A stretch of DNA of 64,000 bases, counting the filler, from Dirinaria sp. TL-2023a (taxonomy: Eukaryota): assembly GCA_051941275.1 (NCBI GenBank). It is 3 parts of 3 records of this genome, joined end to end, with 100 filler letters (N's around TTAATTAATTAA, not from the genome) between each part and the next. Parts side by side here need not be neighbours in the genome. Positions count along the whole stretch, not along the records: positions 44,762 to 64,000 come from JAVEBF010000344.1; 2 more parts are not named here. One strand, given 5' to 3'. The position numbers and the translations under genes were made by a program. Shown here one piece after another: positions 60,424 to 64,000 of this stretch (positions within the stretch are counted from its first letter, which is position 1; every line of letters begins with the position of its first letter). The notes under the pieces were generated by a model, which was not told the origin of the DNA, did not search any database, and saw nothing but the letters and a program-made list of their open reading frames with translations.

Positions 60424-63069
60424 ATGGTCTTTTGTACACGCTATATATTGGGCAGAGCTTTCACATCAAGGAGGTCAATGAATATTATCCTGCGATTACA
60501 CCCTCTCCAGTCTCGAGCATACACATGCTCACTACAGATTAGAACCTACTCTTCACACTTTACTCAAATGGCGTCGCAGACGAACACTCCCTATGCTCCT
60601 CAGGATCCACACGAGATTTCTACCCTCATCAAGGGCCTAGAAGCTTGTAGTAAGAAGGGACCCGGTAAAAAGACTGGCGTTCACGGCAAGAAAAGCACTT
60701 TTGAGATTGAGGGAACTGGTGGCGTCAAGGTTGATTCATGGCGCTTCCAGGATTGGGACTACAAACGTCGCGATCTGCCTTCTTACGCTCGAGGTCTTTT
60801 CACATATCATCGGCGGGATGGCACACCAGAGATTGTTTGCAGAGGCTATGACAAGTTCTTCAATCAGGGGGAGGTAAACGAAACACGGATAGAAAACGTA
60901 CAGAAACAGACCAGGGGACCTTACGAGCTCAGCGTCAAGGAGAATGGCTGCATCATTTTCCTAGGTGGTCTGGAGGGAGATCATCTTTTAGTCTGCAGCA
61001 AGCATTCAACAGGCGCTCGCCAGGATGCAGATCTGAGCCATGCCATTGCTGGAGAGAAGTGGGTCGACAAGCATTTGCAGGGTATTGGCAAATCAAGAGC
61101 CGATCTAGCCAGGGAGTTGCGAAAGCGTAATGTTACAGCTGTTGCGGAGCTCTGCGACGATTCTTTCGAAGAACATGTGCTTGCATATGATAGCAAAACT
61201 GCAGGCCTATACTTGCATGGCATGAATCTCAATCTCCCGGACTTTGCTACCTACCCTGGCGAATTGGTCCAGCAATTTGCAAAGGAGTGGAACATGAAAA
61301 GTGCTGAATACCTCATCAAGGAGGACCTCGATTCAATGCAGCATTTCCTCCATCAATGTGCAGAAACTGGATCATACCACGGTCGAGATACCGAAGGCTT
61401 TGTCATCCGGTGTCACAGGAGAGAGCAAGGGGAAAAGGGTAATTATCAAAACTGGTTCTTTAAGTTCAAGTTCGAGGAGCCGTATCTCATGTATCGCCAG
61501 TGGCGAGAGGCTACCAAAGCGGTTATTGCTGGTAAGCCCCCCAAATATAAGAAACACAAGAAGATCACGGAGGAGTATCTCCTCTACGCCAGACGGCAAC
61601 TAGCCAAGAATCCTGAGCTCGGAAAAGCCTACATGCAAAATCACGGAATCATTGAAATGCGAGATAACTTTCTGAAAGAGCGAGGTCTCAAAGGCTCGGA
61701 CATCATTAAGCAGGAGATGAGCGAGGGAGGGTCATCCAGCGAAGTCACGAATAACGTTGTCCTTGTCCCCATTGCCAGTATAGGGTGTGGAAAGACGACA
61801 GTTGCGGTAGCTCTGACGAAACTATTCGGTTGGGGTCATGTACAGAACGACAATATTACTGGGAAGCAGAACAGACCTAAGCAATTCGCTACGCAAGTTT
61901 GTAACACGCTCGCGTCACATCCAGCAATGATTGCGGATAGGAATAACCATCAGAAGCGTGAAAGACAACAAATCATTGATGATGTCCTGATCGTGATACC
62001 AGAAGCCAGGTTTGTAGCGCTACATTACGTTCACGATCCTAAATCTGAGATGCTACCATCCATACGCAAAGTCACTCAGGATCGAGTCCTGTCTCGTGGA
62101 GACAATCATCAAACAATTCAAGCTGGCTCCAAATCCTCCCAAGAAATCATCGGCATCATGGAAGGCTTCCTCTCGCGATTCGAACCTCTCAGTATTTCCA
62201 GCAGGCCAGATGATGCCTTTGACGAAGTCATCGATCTTGATGTCGCGGCAGATTCTCGCACAAACCTCGAAAAAGTAGTCAAAGCACTTCACACCGCCTA
62301 CCCAAAACTCGTCCCCGAGCTACCTGGTCTCGATGACCTCGACTGGGCCATCGAATCCGCTCTGAACGACTACCAGCCCGATATCAAACACGACCTCAGC
62401 TTCAAAAGCAAGAAATCAAAACCAAACCAGCAAAGCAACGGCATCGACCGGGGTCATCAGCAAAACGGCTCTGCAGCAGCCCCCGGCAAACCACCACCGC
62501 TCGAATTCTTCTGCATCCGTCTCCCGACCGTCGACGTCTTATCCACCCTCAACCAGCTTTTTGACTCTGTCCCCAGAGAACAAGCAGTCTTCTACCGCCA
62601 GCTCGGCCACACCCGCCGCATCCAGCCAGCGTTCCACGTGACGCTCATCCACCGCGCATCCAAAGACTCGCATCACGCGCTCTGGACCCATCTCTCCAAC
62701 CTCCATTCCCAAACCATCTCCTCTTCACCACCACCACCATCATCATCATCAGAGAACCAACAACAAGCAGCAGCGGACCCGGTGCTGGGCCACTGCCGTG
62801 TCCAGCTCGAGCGCGTGGTCTGGGACACCCGCGTCATGTGCATCGTCGCGCGGCTGCTGGACGAAGGATGGGAGACGGCGAATGCGCTCGCGCACGTCAC
62901 GGTCGGCACCGCCGGCAAAGAAATCAAACCCAAGGAGAGCAATGATCTGCTCCAGAAGTGGCTCGAACAGGGCAGCGCGGCTGGCACGGGGATCGGGGAA
63001 CTGCAGATCCAGGGCACGAAAGTGCTGCAAGGCAGCGTTAAGGCTGTGATGTCGAATAGTCATCGATGA
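60424..63069 (+). CDS. TRL1: Fungal trifunctional tRNA ligase (ligase - kinase - cyclic phosphodiesterase)
   Basis: ARGLF, RGYDKFFN, motif I KENG, CSKHS, EGFVIR, FFKFKF; P-loop GCGKTT, DRNNH; two HVT motifs of the 2H phosphodiesterase; intronless. Conserved part starts near ATG 60568. Confidence 0.96.
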   Translation: MVFCTRYILGRAFTSRRSMNIILRLHPLQSRAYTCSLQIRTYSSHFTQMASQTNTPYAPQDPHEISTLIKGLEACSKKGPGKKTGVHGKKSTFEIEGTGGVKVDSWRFQDWDYKRRDLPSYARGLFTYHRRDGTPEIVCRGYDKFFNQGEVNETRIENVQKQTRGPYELSVKENGCIIFLGGLEGDHLLVCSKHSTGARQDADLSHAIAGEKWVDKHLQGIGKSRADLARELRKRNVTAVAELCDDSFEEHVLAYDSKTAGLYLHGMNLNLPDFATYPGELVQQFAKEWNMKSAEYLIKEDLDSMQHFLHQCAETGSYHGRDTEGFVIRCHRREQGEKGNYQNWFFKFKFEEPYLMYRQWREATKAVIAGKPPKYKKHKKITEEYLLYARRQLAKNPELGKAYMQNHGIIEMRDNFLKERGLKGSDIIKQEMSEGGSSSEVTNNVVLVPIASIGCGKTTVAVALTKLFGWGHVQNDNITGKQNRPKQFATQVCNTLASHPAMIADRNNHQKRERQQIIDDVLIVIPEARFVALHYVHDPKSEMLPSIRKVTQDRVLSRGDNHQTIQAGSKSSQEIIGIMEGFLSRFEPLSISSRPDDAFDEVIDLDVAADSRTNLEKVVKALHTAYPKLVPELPGLDDLDWAIESALNDYQPDIKHDLSFKSKKSKPNQQSNGIDRGHQQNGSAAAPGKPPPLEFFCIRLPTVDVLSTLNQLFDSVPREQAVFYRQLGHTRRIQPAFHVTLIHRASKDSHHALWTHLSNLHSQTISSSPPPPSSSSENQQQAAADPVLGHCRVQLERVVWDTRVMCIVARLLDEGWETANALAHVTVGTAGKEIKPKESNDLLQKWLEQGSAAGTGIGELQIQGTKVLQGSVKAVMSNSHR

Positions 63070-64000
63070 AAGAAAAAAATAAAAAAAAAAAAAAAAAAAA
63101 TTTTCCTCCCTGGAGGTGCGTGCGTGCGTGCGTGCATGCATGCGTGGAACAGGAGCAAGATTTTCAATGACTGACTGACCTGACTGGGTTTTCAAGTCTG
63201 CATACGAGATACGATTAAAAAAAAGAAAGAAGTTTATATGATGATTGTTACATGGGGCATGAGGCATAGGCATGGGCATGCGTTGGTTGGGCATGTAATA
63301 CTATCATGACAGCTCTCTCTCTCTCTCAGAGTATCTGAATAGATAGATAGATAAGTAGATACAATCCCCCCCCAACACCATCATGTATGCACTGTATTTA
63401 CCAATGATAACAAAATCACACAAACGATCGCTATAGTGTAGCATAGCATAGTAAGAGGCAGAGGGAGAGTAGATAGAAAGGGGTAAACGAAACCCTCCCG
63501 TCTCATTCATTTCATTCAAAAACTTCGGGGGGGAAGGGGTATAGAATAGATTATGTAGATAACATGAGTAGATAAATGGACCTTTAAAAAAAAAAAAAGG
63601 GAGAGAAAAAAAAAAAATGATATGAAAAACAGATCTAGCTATATTCCCATTTCCCTTTCCATTTCCATTTGACCTTCCCTCAGCTTTACCTTGCAATACT
63701 GTAGGTACTCGTACCGTGGAAAGCACATGTAGCTTAGCCTTCCTTTTTAAAGAGAGGAAAGAACTGCTTGCGATATGAGGGTTGAAAGTAATCTTACCTT
63801 AAGATCTAAAGAAAGATACATGTAGGGTTACCTTATCCAGCAAGCAAGCATATGAGATGCATGAGATTGAGAGCGTAGTAGTTTTTGTCTTTTTTTTTTT
63901 TTTTTTTTTTTTTCACCATAAGATACAAAAAAAAGCACCGAAAAAAAAAAACCCCCCCATTTCCACCACCGAAGTGGACGGATTCATCGAGATTTTAACC

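Noticed and set aside
63070..64000. ORFs 62749-63294 and 63304-63726, or a telomere-proximal end
   Set aside because: Homopolymer and microsatellite sequence giving F/K/Y-rich pseudo-ORFs; no TTAGGG arrays.

Overview
Eukaryotic DNA from a filamentous ascomycete (Pezizomycotina). The evidence is short GT-AG introns with CTRAY-type branch points and typical fungal housekeeping genes; a finer taxonomic call is not supportable from sequence alone. Two identical 100-nt spacers (44 N + TTAATTAATTAA + 44 N, at 22290-22389 and 44662-44761) are artificial contig joins, so the window is three segments whose adjacency is unproven. Segment 1 (1-22289) is gene-sparse and accessory-looking: a small Cys/His zinc-finger ORF, an epoxide hydrolase with a signal peptide, a nearly intronless cellulose-synthase-like GT2, a SLATT-type 2TM protein head-to-head with an F-box-like gene, about 6 kb of decayed sequence with internal repeats, a secreted 8-Cys thaumatin-like protein and a WLM (Wss1-like) protease. 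Segments 2 and 3 are dense core genome: PAQR/IZH, THOC5, ERG26-like SDR, dienelactone hydrolase, PAP2 phosphatase, FAT1, TRM140, HAD phosphatase, NUG1, DPB4, BCKDH E2, DNA2, ODC carrier, an ankyrin protein and TRL1. No rRNA, tRNA, CRISPR array or intact transposon was recognised. Best leads are the CesA-like synthase, the SLATT/F-box-like pair, a C2H2 finger at the C-terminus of the PAP2 phosphatase, a possible mitochondrial presequence on Trl1, and GC-rich patches in genes beside homopolymer-rich intergenic regions. None is demonstrated to be a new system. All exon boundaries were read by eye.
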